Source of the DNA: Trueperaceae bacterium
GTDB taxonomy: Bacteria; Deinococcota; Deinococci; Deinococcales; Trueperaceae
Direction of reading: 5' to 3'
Length of the DNA stretch: 64,000 nt
Assembly: GCA_965215565.1 (NCBI GenBank)
Contig: CBDCDZ010000004.1
Span: 1,056,001 to 1,120,000, forward strand
Shown: positions 20,193 to 31,238 of the stretch, piece after piece
How the letters are laid out: each line of letters starts with the position of its first letter
Numbering within the stretch: position 1 is the first letter of the stretch
The notes under the pieces: generated by a model
What the model saw: only the letters and a program-made list of their open reading frames with translations
What the model was told of the DNA's origin: nothing
Databases searched by the model: none
Made by a program: the position numbers and the translations under genes

Positions 20193-20302
20193 TAGCAAGT
20201 ATCATTTGGTTTAAGCTAACCTCACTATGAAGAACACCGTTGAGCCCACACTTTCTTGAATGAGACTTGCGCTGTCCCAATCAGTACTTGTGGTAATTGC
20301 TC
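20193..20302 (+). repeat. 111-nt dispersed element, diverged copy
   Basis: TAGCAAGTATCATTTGGT...GAATGAGACTTGC...AATTGCT; stem kept by compensatory changes. Confidence 0.75.
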
Positions 20303-20455
20303 TATCTGAAATGACGCCGGTGTCAGCGCAAGGAGTTAAGCCCCCTCATTCACTACATTTCAACCTCTTGTTCATTCTATAAGCAGTGGAAGGAGCACGC
20401 GGCAGTATCCAGTTTGGAAAGTAAGGAGGAAGCTTGACGCTTCTTGTAGCAGCCT

Positions 20456-21169
20456 TTATAACTTATCTTTGGGCAAGTTCTTCGCCGCCCACGTCACCTG
20501 TCGCCACAGACCTCTCAAGGCTAAAACTTCGCGCTCGCTCAGCTCAGCCCGGTCAAAAATGCCTCGGAAGAGTTCGCGGGCGCTCGCTTCACGCTGAGCG
20601 TCGGTGTAGCCGATGAGGTGGAGCATTTGGATGAGCTGAGCGTACATGGGCTCGAGCGTCTCCCTCGGCGCGAGGTTTGAGAGGTCTCTCGTCTCCCCCA
20701 CTTCCACCTGATGCGCCACGAACCACTCATACGCGACGAGTTGCACCGCCTGGGCGAGGTTGAGTGAGGCGTAGTCCGAAGTTGGGATTTGGATATAACC
20801 CTGGCAGTGCTCCAGGTCTTCGTTGCTGAGCCCGAAGTCTTCGGGACCGAACACGGCGGCGACCTCTTCAGGGGGGAGCGACTGCGCAGCTTCCCTGGCG
20901 CTGTAGACGCGCTGGTTGTTCGTTCTGGGACGCGCCGTCGTACCGAGGACGAGCTTGCAGCCCGCCACGGCTTGGGCTAGCGTGTCGCACCGAACAGCCC
21001 GGTCTAAGACATCGCCCGCGTGAGACGCTAAGGCGAACGCCCGTTTGCCGAGAGGTCGTTGCGGCGAGACGAGGTAGAGCGCACCCAGACCAAAGTTCTT
21101 CATCGCTCTGGCGGCTGCGCCCACGTTCGCGGGCTCTTTGGGGCGGACGAGAATGATTCTTAGGGGCAC
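20456..21169 (-). CDS. TrmJ/LasT-family SPOUT RNA methyltransferase
   Basis: IILVRPKEPANVGAAARAMKNFG, FGPEDFGLSN, SLNLAQAV; GTG 21169. Confidence 0.9.
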   Translation of the reverse strand: MPLRIILVRPKEPANVGAAARAMKNFGLGALYLVSPQRPLGKRAFALASHAGDVLDRAVRCDTLAQAVAGCKLVLGTTARPRTNNQRVYSAREAAQSLPPEEVAAVFGPEDFGLSNEDLEHCQGYIQIPTSDYASLNLAQAVQLVAYEWFVAHQVEVGETRDLSNLAPRETLEPMYAQLIQMLHLIGYTDAQREASARELFRGIFDRAELSEREVLALRGLWRQVTWAAKNLPKDKL

Positions 21170-21238
21170 ATAAGAGTATATTTGACACCTGCTATTTAGC
21201 GCAACGTTCGCAGAACAAAGCCGTGCTACCTTATTCAT

Positions 21239-21823
21239 ATGTTAGGCAAAATCTTTCGCAAAGAGCCAGACAACCCCAAAGTTCCCGCCGGGCAGAGCGT
21301 CACCGAACGCTTTCCCGTGTTGACGTACGGACCGACGCCGCGCGTGAGCGAAGAGGAGTTCGAGCTGCGCGTGTTCGGGCGCGTCAAAGAGCAGGCTTTT
21401 AGCTGGCAAGACCTCATGGCGCTGCCGCAGACAACCCTCACTAAAGATTTTCACTGCGTGACGCACTGGTCCAAACTTGATGTCGGCTGGACGGGCATTC
21501 TGACGACGGACCTGATGGAGGTCTTGGAGCCCCAGAGTAACGCAACCCACGTCATGTTCCACTGCTACGGCGGCTACACGACGAACCTCGAGATGGACGA
21601 CTTCTTAGCCGACGGGTGCATGTTGGCGCACAAGTTAGAGGGCGGACCCATCCCCGTAGAGCACGGCGGACCGATGCGCACGCTCATCCCGCACCTCTAC
21701 GCTTGGAAGAGCGCGAAGTGGCTCTCGGGCATCGAGTTTATGGACGGCGATAAGCCCGGCTTCTGGGAGCGTAACGGCTACCACATGAGGGGCGACCCCT
21801 TCAAAGAAGAGCGCTACAGCTAA
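21239..21823 (+). CDS. Sulfite-oxidase-like molybdopterin oxidoreductase (YuiH-like)
   Basis: PAGQ..T..FPVL, DFHCVTHWS, HGGPMR, YAWKSAKW, GFWERNGYH. Confidence 0.9.
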   Translation: MLGKIFRKEPDNPKVPAGQSVTERFPVLTYGPTPRVSEEEFELRVFGRVKEQAFSWQDLMALPQTTLTKDFHCVTHWSKLDVGWTGILTTDLMEVLEPQSNATHVMFHCYGGYTTNLEMDDFLADGCMLAHKLEGGPIPVEHGGPMRTLIPHLYAWKSAKWLSGIEFMDGDKPGFWERNGYHMRGDPFKEERYS

Positions 21824-21826
21824 AAA

Positions 21827-21860
21827 AGCGGGAGGGGAAGCTCAGGCTTCCCCTCCCGCT
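21827..21860. terminator. Bidirectional terminator between the oxidoreductase and rpsT
   Basis: 15-bp stem AGCGGGAGGGGAAGC/GCTTCCCCTCCCGCT. Confidence 0.85.
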
Positions 21861-21876
21861 AAACCTCTGAACTAAT

Positions 21877-22140
21877 TTACGCTTGCGCCGCTAAGCGCTT
21901 CGCCAAACGCGACTTTTTGCGAGCAGCGGTATTCTTATGGAGCGTCGAGCCCTTCGCGGCTTTGTCGATGAGGCTTACGGCAACTTTATGATACTTTTCA
22001 GCGTTCGCCTCGTCGCCAGATTCGGCGGCGGCGACGGCTTTTTTACTAAACGTGCGAATCGTGCTTTTAAGTGCCCGGTTTTTCGCCCGCGCTTCTTGCG
22101 ATTGGCGGTGGTACTTCATTGCCGATGGGTTTCTTGCCAT
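21877..22140 (-). CDS. rpsT: 30S ribosomal protein S20
   Basis: [42 protein letters not shown]. Confidence 0.96.
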   Translation of the reverse strand: MARNPSAMKYHRQSQEARAKNRALKSTIRTFSKKAVAAAESGDEANAEKYHKVAVSLIDKAAKGSTLHKNTAARKKSRLAKRLAAQA

Positions 22141-22347
22141 GCTCTTCCTCTTTCTTCGCTCATACGTCGATATCTCAGTAGGGATTGTGGACCTAAATAT
22201 GGCGCGTGAACGCGCCTCAACCTTGAAAGTGTAGCATAGCAGCGCCCGGAGAGGCAACGCCGTGAAACGAAAGTAGAGCGCAATATTACCCTAAATGCGT
22301 ACGGTCTCTGGGCAAAAGCCTCGAGGCACTCACCCTTATACACTCAC

Positions 22348-23019
22348 CTAGTCTTCAGACAACCCCACGTGCTCCATGAGCCTCGCCACTTGCGCGCGGA
22401 GTTCGGCAACCTCTCGGCGCAACACGCTCACGTCGTCTTGAGGTGGCGTGTGAGAGGATGCTGACGCACTCGCAGAGATAACCCTCGAGTCTCCCTCACC
22501 CCCCCGTACCCTCGGCTTGAGCTTTTCGGGGTCCACGCCTAGCGTGTGGTTCCAACGGTCCTGGCTCTGCCCCGGTCCACGCCCATAGTTTTTGACCAGA
22601 GGTGGGCGGTGTTCTTGGAGCCGCGCCAAGCTCTCCTCGACGGCCGCCACATCGGGGAAGTGCGTGTAGCGCTCCGTGCGCGTGCGCAGCTCGCCGGGCG
22701 TCTGGAGTCCACGCAGCATCAGCACGGCGAGCACGGCGAGGTCTCTGCCGCGAACGTCTAACGCCTCGACCAGTTTATGGTGGTGTTTGACGGCGCGTTC
22801 GCTCACCCCTCTCGAGGACTGCATCAGCCCCTTGTCGCTCAGGAGACGCAAGGTGGCTTCTACCTCGAGCGAATCGTAAGCAGTCACTGGGTCACGGTTG
22901 GTCCTCTGGTTGCACGCTAAAACGAGCGCGTTCGTCGAAAGCGGATACGCTTCGGGCGTCGTGCGCTCCTTCTCGACGAGCGAGCCGAGCACGCGCAGTT
23001 CGATATCACTTAAACTCAC
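22348..23019 (-). CDS. YceH/DUF480 family protein
   Basis: E.RVLGSLVEKERTTPEAYPLS.NAL..ACNQ.TNRDPV, LRG.QTPGELR.RTER. Confidence 0.9.
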   Translation of the reverse strand: MSLSDIELRVLGSLVEKERTTPEAYPLSTNALVLACNQRTNRDPVTAYDSLEVEATLRLLSDKGLMQSSRGVSERAVKHHHKLVEALDVRGRDLAVLAVLMLRGLQTPGELRTRTERYTHFPDVAAVEESLARLQEHRPPLVKNYGRGPGQSQDRWNHTLGVDPEKLKPRVRGGEGDSRVISASASASSHTPPQDDVSVLRREVAELRAQVARLMEHVGLSED

Positions 23020-23082
23020 GACACAGAGTCTAGCAAATTGCGGCTTTTCGTGCCCTATCTCGAGCCGCAGATATGAAACCTC

Positions 23083-23241
23083 TAGCAGATATCATCTGGT
23101 TTGAGACACTCTCACTTTTGAGAACATTGTTTCGCTCTGCGAAAACTGCGTAAGCAGCACGCACGTTCTGGGATGAAATCCCGCTAGTCCTTGCGGACAG
23201 AGACCTGCGCCCATCCGTCTCAATATGTTTTGGAACTGCTA
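23083..23241 (+). repeat. 111-nt dispersed element with two inserts (23+25 nt)
   Basis: 159 = 111 + 48; TAGCAG...CTGCTA ends. Confidence 0.9.
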
Positions 23242-23401
23242 CTCTTACAGTAGACACAAGAATAAGGAGTAGGAACTGAGACCTAAGGCGCAGAAGTATC
23301 AGGTCTTTTTATTCTTGCTTCTTGCTCCTTGCTTCTCCCCTTGTACTCCCCCCACCTGACCTGTATAGTGTGGCAAATCAACAAGATAGGTGGGTGGTTT
23401 T

Positions 23402-24121
23402 GTGGCGGCGACACTCGGTTTAGAGGACAAGGTCATTTTGGTGACGGGTGGCAACAAGGGAATCGGCTCGGCAATTGTCGACCTCCTAGAGGATTCAGGC
23501 GCGAAGGTGGCATACACGTACCGCACGAGCGAGGGCGAGCACGGCTCGCTCGCCATCCAAGCGGACGTGCGCAATGAAGAGGCGATGAAAGAGGCTGCCG
23601 AGCGCACGGAGCAGGAACTCGGACCGATCTACGGCGTAGTGGCGAACGCGGGCATCACCAAAGACGGGCTTTTCGTCAAGTCGGACTTGGAGGGGTGGAA
23701 CGCGGTCATCGAGACGAACCTAACAGGCGTCTACAACACGGTGCGCCCGGTTATGTCAAAGATGAACGAGCACGGCGAGGGCTCGATCGTGCTCATTTCG
23801 TCCATCGTCGGCGAGCGGGGCAACATGGGGCAAGCGAACTACGCCGCCGCCAAAGCCGCCCTGATGGGCTTCGGCAAATCGCTCGCGAGGGAGGGCGCGC
23901 GGAACAAGGTGCGCACCAACGTCGTCGCGCCGGGCTTTATCGAGACGAGCATGTTAGAGGACGTGCCCGACAAGGTCAAGGACAAGATCACCTCCGAAAT
24001 CCCCTTTAAGCGCTTCGGCAAGCCCGACGAAATCGCCTGGGGCGTGGCGTATCTGCTCTCGCCGAGGGCGAGTTACGTGACGGGCACGGTCCTGAGCATC
24101 AACGGCGGGCATCATATGTAA
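23402..24121 (+). CDS. FabG/PhaB-like beta-ketoacyl reductase (SDR)
   Basis: TGGNKGIG, NAGITKD, GNMGQANYAAAK, VAPGFIET; start 23390 or 23402. Confidence 0.9.
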   Translation: MAATLGLEDKVILVTGGNKGIGSAIVDLLEDSGAKVAYTYRTSEGEHGSLAIQADVRNEEAMKEAAERTEQELGPIYGVVANAGITKDGLFVKSDLEGWNAVIETNLTGVYNTVRPVMSKMNEHGEGSIVLISSIVGERGNMGQANYAAAKAALMGFGKSLAREGARNKVRTNVVAPGFIETSMLEDVPDKVKDKITSEIPFKRFGKPDEIAWGVAYLLSPRASYVTGTVLSINGGHHM

Positions 24122-24353
24122 GGAGATAAATAGAGAGGGCAGCGGCAAGCGGAAGCGGCAAACGCGCTTCCAATTGCCGGGGGGTAGTCAACGAAAGATT
24201 CGCCGCCCCCACTACCGCTGCCCTTGGACCTACCCTAAAGGGTGGAGCGGTCTACCAATAGTAACTAGGTCTACGTTTTTTGAGTTTGATCGAAGTCTGA
24301 ACGTGCGAAAGATTTCGGTGCGCCTCTTAACGCATAGCGTGTCCGAGGGCGTC

Positions 24354-24407
24354 AAAAAAATCCGCGAGGAGAACTCTAAACGTTACGCAGCACGTTTCTC
24401 CTCGCGG
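24354..24407 (-). terminator. Intrinsic terminator on the minus strand
   Basis: 12-bp stem CCGCGAGGAGAA/TTCTCCTCGCGG followed by U7 on the minus strand. Confidence 0.65.
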
Positions 24408-24530
24408 TGTTCCGCTGGCTGTCCCCCGGCGGTGGACGGACGCTCGGTCCCGTCGTGTCTTTACCTTACCGGGGGCGTGCGAAGGGGGGAAGAGGTGGCT
24501 GTACTAGTGCAACCCGTTCATGCATACTAG

Positions 24531-24641
24531 TAGCAGGCATCATCTGGTTTGGGACGCTCCCACTGTTCGAAGCGGCGTCTAGCACACACATTCGGAGATG
24601 ATATCTGCGCTCATCCATCTCAGTATGTCTTGGAACTGCTA
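24531..24641 (+). repeat. 111-nt dispersed element, core only
   Basis: Exactly 111 nt, TAGCAGGCATCATCT...GGAACTGCTA. Confidence 0.9.
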
Positions 24642-24659
24642 TAGACCCGTACCGGGCTA

Positions 24660-25787
24660 CTAGAACTTGGCGAGCCCGCGCTCGCGCGCCCACACGACGG
24701 CTTCGGCCCTCGAGTGCACCCCGATCTTCTCATAAATTTGCGTGATGTAGTTGCGCACCGTCTGCTTGGCGATGCCCAGGTCTTGCGCGATGGTGGTGTT
24801 GTCTAGGCCCTGCGCCAAGCGCTCCAAGACCTCTCTCTCCCGTTTGGTGAGCCCCGAGACCGCCGCCGTGTCCACCCCTTCGGAGCGGAGCAGGGCGAGC
24901 TTTTCCATGACCGAGCGCGAGAGCCACGCGGTATCCGACATGACCTCTTCAATCGCTTGAACGAGTTGACGCTCGGTGCGTTGGCGTTCGGTTACGTCAT
25001 AGAACATCAGCAGCACGTCGGCGACGGGTTTGGTGTCGTCTAAAATCTCGGCGGAGGCTAAGACGTCGCGCACGTCGCCCGCTTTCGTGCGAATCTGCAG
25101 CTCTAGTTCACGAAAACCCTGGGCGCTCGCTAAGTGCGCGGCGAACCTCGCGCGGTCCGCTTCGCTCGCCCATAGCCCGAGTTCTGCGCCCGTGCGCTTC
25201 GTGACCTCTTCTTCGCGAAACCCTGTCAGCGTCAAAAAGCTGCCGTTGACCTCTAAGATGCGCCTGTCTCGCATCATGCAAGCGGGCACGGGCGCGGCGT
25301 GAAACATCTTGCTGAGGTGCACCTCGACCTCTTTTTGCGGCGTGATGTCCGCGAAGGTCAAGATGCCGCAGGTGTCGCCGTCAAGTTCCAAGGGCTTTGC
25401 GGAGACTAAGACCACCTTCTGGACCCCCGACTTCGTAGTGAGCTCCACCTCCACCTTCGAGACCTGCTGCCAGGTGCGCGGCGCGTTGAGGAGCGCTTCG
25501 CGCTGGCGCGGGTCCGTGAAGAGGTCTAGTTGCGGCAGCGCCTCGCCGCGCACCTCGCGCTGCATATAGTCCGTAAGCTCGGCGAAGCCGCTATTAACCA
25601 TGACGACGCGCTCGTCCATGAGCCGCACGATAATAGCGGGCGCGGGGTTCACATCGAACACGGCGTAGAAGCGCTCCTCCGCCTCTTGGCGCTCGCGCTC
25701 GGCTTTGCGCCGCTTGCTCTCGGCTCGCTCCTTGTCGCTTCTCAGTTCATCTTTCGGCTTTTCGCTCACGTTTTCAATATCGCTCAT
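24660..25787 (-). CDS. PAS-PAS-LuxR transcriptional regulator
   Basis: Two PAS/PAC repeats (DITPQK, DVTERQR); C-terminal LTKREREVL..G..N..IA..L.IA..TVRNY..IY.KIGV.SR. Confidence 0.92.
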   Translation of the reverse strand: MSDIENVSEKPKDELRSDKERAESKRRKAERERQEAEERFYAVFDVNPAPAIIVRLMDERVVMVNSGFAELTDYMQREVRGEALPQLDLFTDPRQREALLNAPRTWQQVSKVEVELTTKSGVQKVVLVSAKPLELDGDTCGILTFADITPQKEVEVHLSKMFHAAPVPACMMRDRRILEVNGSFLTLTGFREEEVTKRTGAELGLWASEADRARFAAHLASAQGFRELELQIRTKAGDVRDVLASAEILDDTKPVADVLLMFYDVTERQRTERQLVQAIEEVMSDTAWLSRSVMEKLALLRSEGVDTAAVSGLTKREREVLERLAQGLDNTTIAQDLGIAKQTVRNYITQIYEKIGVHSRAEAVVWARERGLAKF

Positions 25788-26353
25788 GTCGTCCCAACTG
25801 CTGTCTCTGACCGCGATGTTCGGCGGACTTGCCCCTGATAGCTCGGCGTGTAACGCCCATTCTATATCATTCGCTCTGAGTGACGTGGCGTATGGGGATG
25901 AGGAAGTAGTGCGTCAAGGGTAATGAGGGGAAAAATCACTCCCCTCACCTCTCGAGCTACCCAGAAAAGCCTTGTACGGATTCCGAAGCGATTACTCCAT
26001 AAACTCTTGCAGAGTTTCTTCCGTACTCACCGGAATCCGTATTTTTTCTACTCGCTGAAGAGTCCTCAACTGGGCGTATCATGCCGTTATGAAAGCTCAT
26101 TGCTTCCATTTGAAGATGCTACCTCCATTCGAGGACTCCTTGCTCGGGATTGAATAGGCTACTTTGTAGCGTATTCAACCGGAAAGGGTGTAACCTCTTT
26201 GATTTTGAACGGCTGACTTCTCAAAAGGCTTGAAATTCTCGACGGGTACGACACCTCGAGGATGCTCCTGAAGCGCCGCACAAGACACTCGTACAACTTT
26301 TACGACGCCCCTTCTCTTTATCTCCTTGACCGCGAACGCGCTATACTTACCCT

Positions 26354-27922
26354 ATGCCTCCTACCGCCGTCTCCATGCAAGCGATCGTCAAGCGCTTTCC
26401 GCTCGTGCTCGCCAACGATCACGTCACGTTGGAGGTTGCGTGGGGCGAGGTGCACGCGCTCATCGGCGAGAACGGCGCGGGCAAGTCCACCCTGATGAAG
26501 ATTTTGTACGGTTTGCAGCAGCCGGACGAAGGCGTCATCGTCGTGGACGGCGAAGAGGTCCACATCTCGAGCGCGAAGGACGCCATCGCTCTAGGTATCG
26601 GCATGGTGCACCAGCACTTTATGCTCGTTGAGCCGCTCACCGTCGCTGAGAACTTGGTGCTGGGCTCCGAGCCTACCAGTGGACCCTCGCTGAACTACCG
26701 CGCCGCGAGAAAGCGCACGGCGGAACTCATCGAGCGCTTCGGCTTCGACATCAGCCCGGACACGAAGATACAGGACCTGGCGGTGGGCTTTCAGCAGCAG
26801 GTCGAGATTCTTAAAACGCTCTACCGCGACGCCCGCATCCTCATTATGGACGAGCCTACGGCTGTGCTGACCCCGCAAGAGACGAGAGGTCTATTCAAGT
26901 TCGTGCGCGAATTCGCTGAGGGCGGCAACGCGGTTATCTTCATCTCGCATAAGCTTGATGAGGTCATGGAAATCTGCGACCGGATGAGCGTGATGCGCGA
27001 CGGCAAGATGATAGGCACAGTCGAGCGAGAAGGCACGAACCAGCGGCAGCTCGCCAACATGATGGTGGGGCGTGAGGTCATCATGAGCGTGGAGAAGAGA
27101 CCGGCGGAGCCTCAAGGGGTCAAGCTCGAGCTGCAAAGCGTCACCCTGCGCCACCCCGACAAGCACAAGCCGCTCGTGGACGACGTGTCATTCAAGCTCC
27201 GCGCAGGCGAGATTTTGGGCATTGCGGGCATCGAGGGCAACGGTCAGTCCGAACTCGTGGAGTGCATCGCCGGCTTGCGCGAGGTGGATCACGGGCGCAT
27301 CCTCTTAGCGGACCAAGATGTCTCGACTAAAAGCGCCAAAGAGGTGCGCCAAGCCGGGCTCTCGCACATCCCCGAAGACCGCCTCGAGCGCGGGCTCGTG
27401 GGCGAATTCAGCACCGCCATGAACAGCATCTTGGGCGACTACTACCACAAACCTTACAGCAATCCGCTGGGGCTCATCGACGAGCGCAGAGTCGAGGCGC
27501 ACGCTGCGAAGCTCGTTCAGGCGTACGACGTGCGCCCCGCCTCGACCCGCGTGATGGCGGCGAGCTATTCAGGCGGGAACGCACAAAAGCTCATCGTCGC
27601 GCGCGAGTTGGAGCGCGGCCCCGAAGTGCTCATCGCCTCGCAGCCGACGCGCGGCGTGGACATCGGCGCGATCGAGTTTATTCATAAGCAGATCGTCGGC
27701 GCGCGCGACAAGGGGCTAGCCGTCCTGCTCGTCTCCGCCGACCTCAACGAAGTGATGAGCCTCTCAGACCGAATTTTAGTACTCTTCGAGGGCAAGGTGA
27801 TGGGTGAGTTGACCGCGGAGGAGGCGAACGCGGAGCGCTTGGGGCTCCTCATGTCGGGGTCTAAGGTGCAAGGTGATGACGAGGTGGAGAAGAATTACGA
27901 GGCGGCGTCGGAGCGGGTTTAG
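26354..27922 (+). CDS. Sugar/nucleoside ABC transporter ATP-binding protein (two NBDs)
   Basis: [46 protein letters not shown]. Confidence 0.93.
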   Translation: MPPTAVSMQAIVKRFPLVLANDHVTLEVAWGEVHALIGENGAGKSTLMKILYGLQQPDEGVIVVDGEEVHISSAKDAIALGIGMVHQHFMLVEPLTVAENLVLGSEPTSGPSLNYRAARKRTAELIERFGFDISPDTKIQDLAVGFQQQVEILKTLYRDARILIMDEPTAVLTPQETRGLFKFVREFAEGGNAVIFISHKLDEVMEICDRMSVMRDGKMIGTVEREGTNQRQLANMMVGREVIMSVEKRPAEPQGVKLELQSVTLRHPDKHKPLVDDVSFKLRAGEILGIAGIEGNGQSELVECIAGLREVDHGRILLADQDVSTKSAKEVRQAGLSHIPEDRLERGLVGEFSTAMNSILGDYYHKPYSNPLGLIDERRVEAHAAKLVQAYDVRPASTRVMAASYSGGNAQKLIVARELERGPEVLIASQPTRGVDIGAIEFIHKQIVGARDKGLAVLLVSADLNEVMSLSDRILVLFEGKVMGELTAEEANAERLGLLMSGSKVQGDDEVEKNYEAASERV

Positions 27923-28404
27923 GCTAGCCGCAACCGCTCCAACGACGCCCTGGCCTCTCCCCCGCTGATGTCTGGGGTGATGACTAGCTCGAGCACCTCT
28001 ATTCCCTCGAGGTTGACCTGGTAGTCCTCCACCTCTTGCGTCGCTCCGTCCGCGCTGAAGTTGAACTGCTGCCGCGCGACCTCTTGAAATTGTCCTGACA
28101 CTGCCAAGTAGCGCAGCACGAACTCCTGGGTGCGCGTTTCTCGGGCTTCGAAGACGAGCAGGATGCGCCCCAACGTCTGCGGCTCGTCGAACATGAGGCG
28201 GAGGAGTTGCTCACCGGGCTCCGCCGCCCGCCAGCCACCCTCTTGGTTGTGTTGTAGGGAGTCGAGCAGCAGCGCCGCCTCAACTGGGTACGCTTCCTCT
28301 TCAGAGGTGACTTCGACCTGGGCGAGTTGCGCTAAATCCAGCCAAGTGTGCTCCTCGGACAAGGACGCTTCCGCGGGTTTTTTGATGACCTTTTTGCGCA
28401 TCAT
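27919..28404 (-). CDS. Conserved hypothetical protein, probable galactose-binding-like beta-sandwich
   Basis: [44 protein letters not shown]. Confidence 0.7.
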   Translation of the reverse strand: MMRKKVIKKPAEASLSEEHTWLDLAQLAQVEVTSEEEAYPVEAALLLDSLQHNQEGGWRAAEPGEQLLRLMFDEPQTLGRILLVFEARETRTQEFVLRYLAVSGQFQEVARQQFNFSADGATQEVEDYQVNLEGIEVLELVITPDISGGEARASLERLRLA

Positions 28405-28419
28405 CTCATCTCCTTATTT

Positions 28420-28549
28420 TAGCAGGTATCATCTGGTCAGCTGCACCTTCACTAAAGATAACCTCGTTTAGCACGCACTTGATTGTGATGATATCTGCGA
28501 AGAAGTGCTTCGCATAACTATGTTCAAGCAACGATAAGTGGAACTGCTG
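28420..28549 (+). repeat. 111-nt dispersed element, subtype B, with an 18-nt insert
   Basis: TAGCAGGTATCATCTGGTCAGCT...AAGCAACGATAAGTGGAACTGCTG. Confidence 0.88.
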
Positions 28550-28554
28550 TTTGA

Positions 28555-28665
28555 TAGCAGGTATCATCTGGTTTGAAACACTCGTACTTTTGAGAATGTT
28601 GTGCAGCACGCACATACTGAGATGATGTCTGCGCTCATCCGTCTCGGTATGTTTTGGAACTGCTG
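28555..28665 (+). repeat. 111-nt dispersed element, core only, tandem to the previous copy
   Basis: Exactly 111 nt, 5 nt after the previous copy. Confidence 0.9.
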
Positions 28666-28692
28666 TGAGCAGGCAGTTTTAAGTGGACCGGG

Positions 28693-29352
28693 CTAGCTCG
28701 AGACCGCCTTTTCGAAATGCCGCTCCATCTGCTCCTGAAAGCTCCCTGCGTCGTTGAGGTGCGGGAAGGGCTCACTAGGAACGTCTACGCCGAGAAACGC
28801 GCAGAGCGGCTCCCAGCCCTCTTTGACGCTGTAGACGAGCAGCCGCTCGGCGGGCACGGTGCGCTTGACCTCTTCGATGTGGGCGCTAAATACTTGTACC
28901 GCGTGCGCCTTGTCGTCCGTTTTGCCGCCGAAGGTGCCTTTGAAGAGAATACGCCATACAACAAGCATGGAGCGCAACTGCTCGGGTCTACGAAAAAGCC
29001 GCAGCAAACCTTTCCAGCCTTCCGGCGGACTAAAGATCGTTTTACTCGCGCTTTCGAACCACTTTTCGGGATCGCGTACGGTGAGCAACACCTTGGCGTC
29101 GGGGTAGCGCTGCATCAAGTCTTGGTAGTAGCTGCAGCCGGGCCAGTCCAGCGTGGACTGGTAGCCCTCAAAGAGCGCGTCCCAGTGGACGGGCTCGCCC
29201 TTACTCGCGGCGTCCCAGTGCTTGGCGTGCTCGGGGTGCTCCATGAATTCGAACATGTGGTAGCACTTTCCGAACCCGAGCCGCTCCAACGCGGCTTTGA
29301 GTGAGGTCGTGCCCGTTCTGCCGAACCCTGCACCGATAACTTTAAGTGACAT
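28693..29352 (-). CDS. Sulfotransferase-family P-loop protein
   Basis: LKVIGAGFGRTGTTSL..AL..LGFG.CYHM, YPDAKVLLTVRD, GWEPLCAFLG..FPHLN. Confidence 0.88.
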   Translation of the reverse strand: MSLKVIGAGFGRTGTTSLKAALERLGFGKCYHMFEFMEHPEHAKHWDAASKGEPVHWDALFEGYQSTLDWPGCSYYQDLMQRYPDAKVLLTVRDPEKWFESASKTIFSPPEGWKGLLRLFRRPEQLRSMLVVWRILFKGTFGGKTDDKAHAVQVFSAHIEEVKRTVPAERLLVYSVKEGWEPLCAFLGVDVPSEPFPHLNDAGSFQEQMERHFEKAVSS

Positions 29353-29403
29353 AACTGCCCTCCCAGTAAATGTTTTCGTCAACAACTGCTTGTCAACACC
29401 TGT

Positions 29404-31002
29404 TTAAGACTCGAGCGCGTCGTGGACGCACGACGATGGAGCCTTCGCCTACCGCCGAAGCGACGCGCTTGACCGAGCCGCTGCGCACGTCGCCCACCGC
29501 GAAAACGTCGGGGAGCGAGGTCTCGAACAGCGCGTGACGTCGTTCACTTGCTCACCTGTTAAAATGAACCCTCTCTCGTCCAGCTTCAAGGTCCCTTGCA
29601 ACCACTCCGTATAGGGGAGCGCACCGATAAAGGTAAAGACGCCAGACACGTCCATTTGTGACCTCTCGAGCGTCTGGTTATGCTCTACGGTGACGCCCGT
29701 CAACCTCGCGTCGCCGCGCAATTCAGCGACTTCGGCGTGGTGGTGCACCTCGATGTCGGCTGACGCTTCGATGCGGCTGAGCAAATAGCGCGACATGCTC
29801 TTGCCCAGGTCATCGCCGCGAATCATCACGTGGACCTTGCGGGCGTGCCGCGACAGAAAGACCGCCGCCTGCCCCGCCGAGTTGCCGCCGCCCACAACGA
29901 TGACCTCGTCACCTCTGCAGAGCCGCGCCTCGATGTCGGTGGCGGCGTAGTAGACGCCCGCGCCCTCGAAGTCCTCCAAGCGCGGCACGTCCAGCTTGCG
30001 GTAGCGCGCGCCCGTCGCGATGACGACGCTACGCCCCGTGAGCGTGCTCTCATCGTCCAGCGTCACGGTGTAGCAGTCGCCTTCGCGCCGGAGCCTCTGC
30101 GCTTTGCGCGGCACGGTGATGCGCGCGCCGAACTTGAGGGCTTGCACCTCGGCGCGGCTCGCGAGTTCTGCGCCGGAGAGCCCGGCGGGGAAGCCCAGAT
30201 AGTTCTCTATCTTTGACGAGGTGCCCGCTTGACCGCCCGTCGCGATGGACTCTACCGTAACGGTGGAAAGCCCCTCGGACGCACCGTATACCGACGCGGC
30301 TAACCCCGCTGGACCCGCGCCCACGACGATGAGGTCAAAGGTCTGTCCGTTCGTCACCTGAAGGTCTAAGCCGATGGTCCGGGCGAGTTCGCTCAGGCTG
30401 GGGTTTCTCAACACGTCGCGGTCTTGCCAGATGATAACGGGCGCGTCCTCAGCCGAGACGCCGAAGCGGTCTAAGAGGTCTTGCGCGGCGTCTTCTTCGG
30501 GCTCGAGCCACCGGTGCGAGAGCCGGTTGCGCACCATGAACTCGCGCAGTTGCAAGGTGTCGCCCGAGTAGCGCGGACCGATCAGGCGCAAAAACGCCGA
30601 CGAACGCGCCACGATAAGCTCACGACGGGCGATGAACGCGCCTAAAATCAGATCGCTCAGCTCCGGCTCCGAGGCGATGATGTCGCGCAGCGAGGCGGGC
30701 GGAATCGCGATGACCTCGCCCGCCTCGCGCACCACCGCCGTGAGGTAGACCGCTTGATTGGTGAGCATGTTGAGTTCGCCCAGAAAGCTCCCCACCTCGC
30801 TCTCCGCGACAAGGTTCTCCTCATCCCCTAAGCGCTCGACCACCGCCACTTTGCCCGACAAGATGACGATAAAACGGTAGGTAGGATCGCCTACCTCGAA
30901 GAGCGTCTGCCCGACTTCAGTTCGCCACACCTCGCCGTAGGCTTTAAGCGTCCCTAGTTGCGCTTCACTCAAGGTGGGAAAGGCTGTTTTCTCGGAACCC
31001 AT
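29404..31002 (-). pseudogene. cNMP-binding domain plus thioredoxin-reductase-like flavoprotein with two C-terminal frameshifts
   Basis: GSFLGELNML (cNMP), GAGPAGL, IENYLGFP, GGGNSAGQ. The motif ETSLPDVFAVGDVRSGSVKRVASAVGEG is in a second frame and VHDALES* in a third. Confidence 0.8.
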
Positions 31003-31238
31003 ACCTCATTTATAAACCGGACGGGATGACAAAAAGCGAGCGCCCATTACAGGTGGAGCGTGTGCACGGAGGGGAAAGGAACGCGGATTCACTTGCGGTG
31101 CTCAAAGAACACGGAACCCAGGAGGGAGAATGCGAAGGCTCAACTTCCTTCCCTGCTAAGTTTCTCGCTCGAGATGTCGTCACCTTTAGCCCGAACATGC
31201 TCCGATATGCTATACTCATACCTGCAAAGTTATCTCCT

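Noticed and set aside
25790..26350. Long, more AT-rich spacer between the LuxR gene and the ABC ATPase
   Set aside because: Only short ORFs without recognisable motifs; no supportable feature
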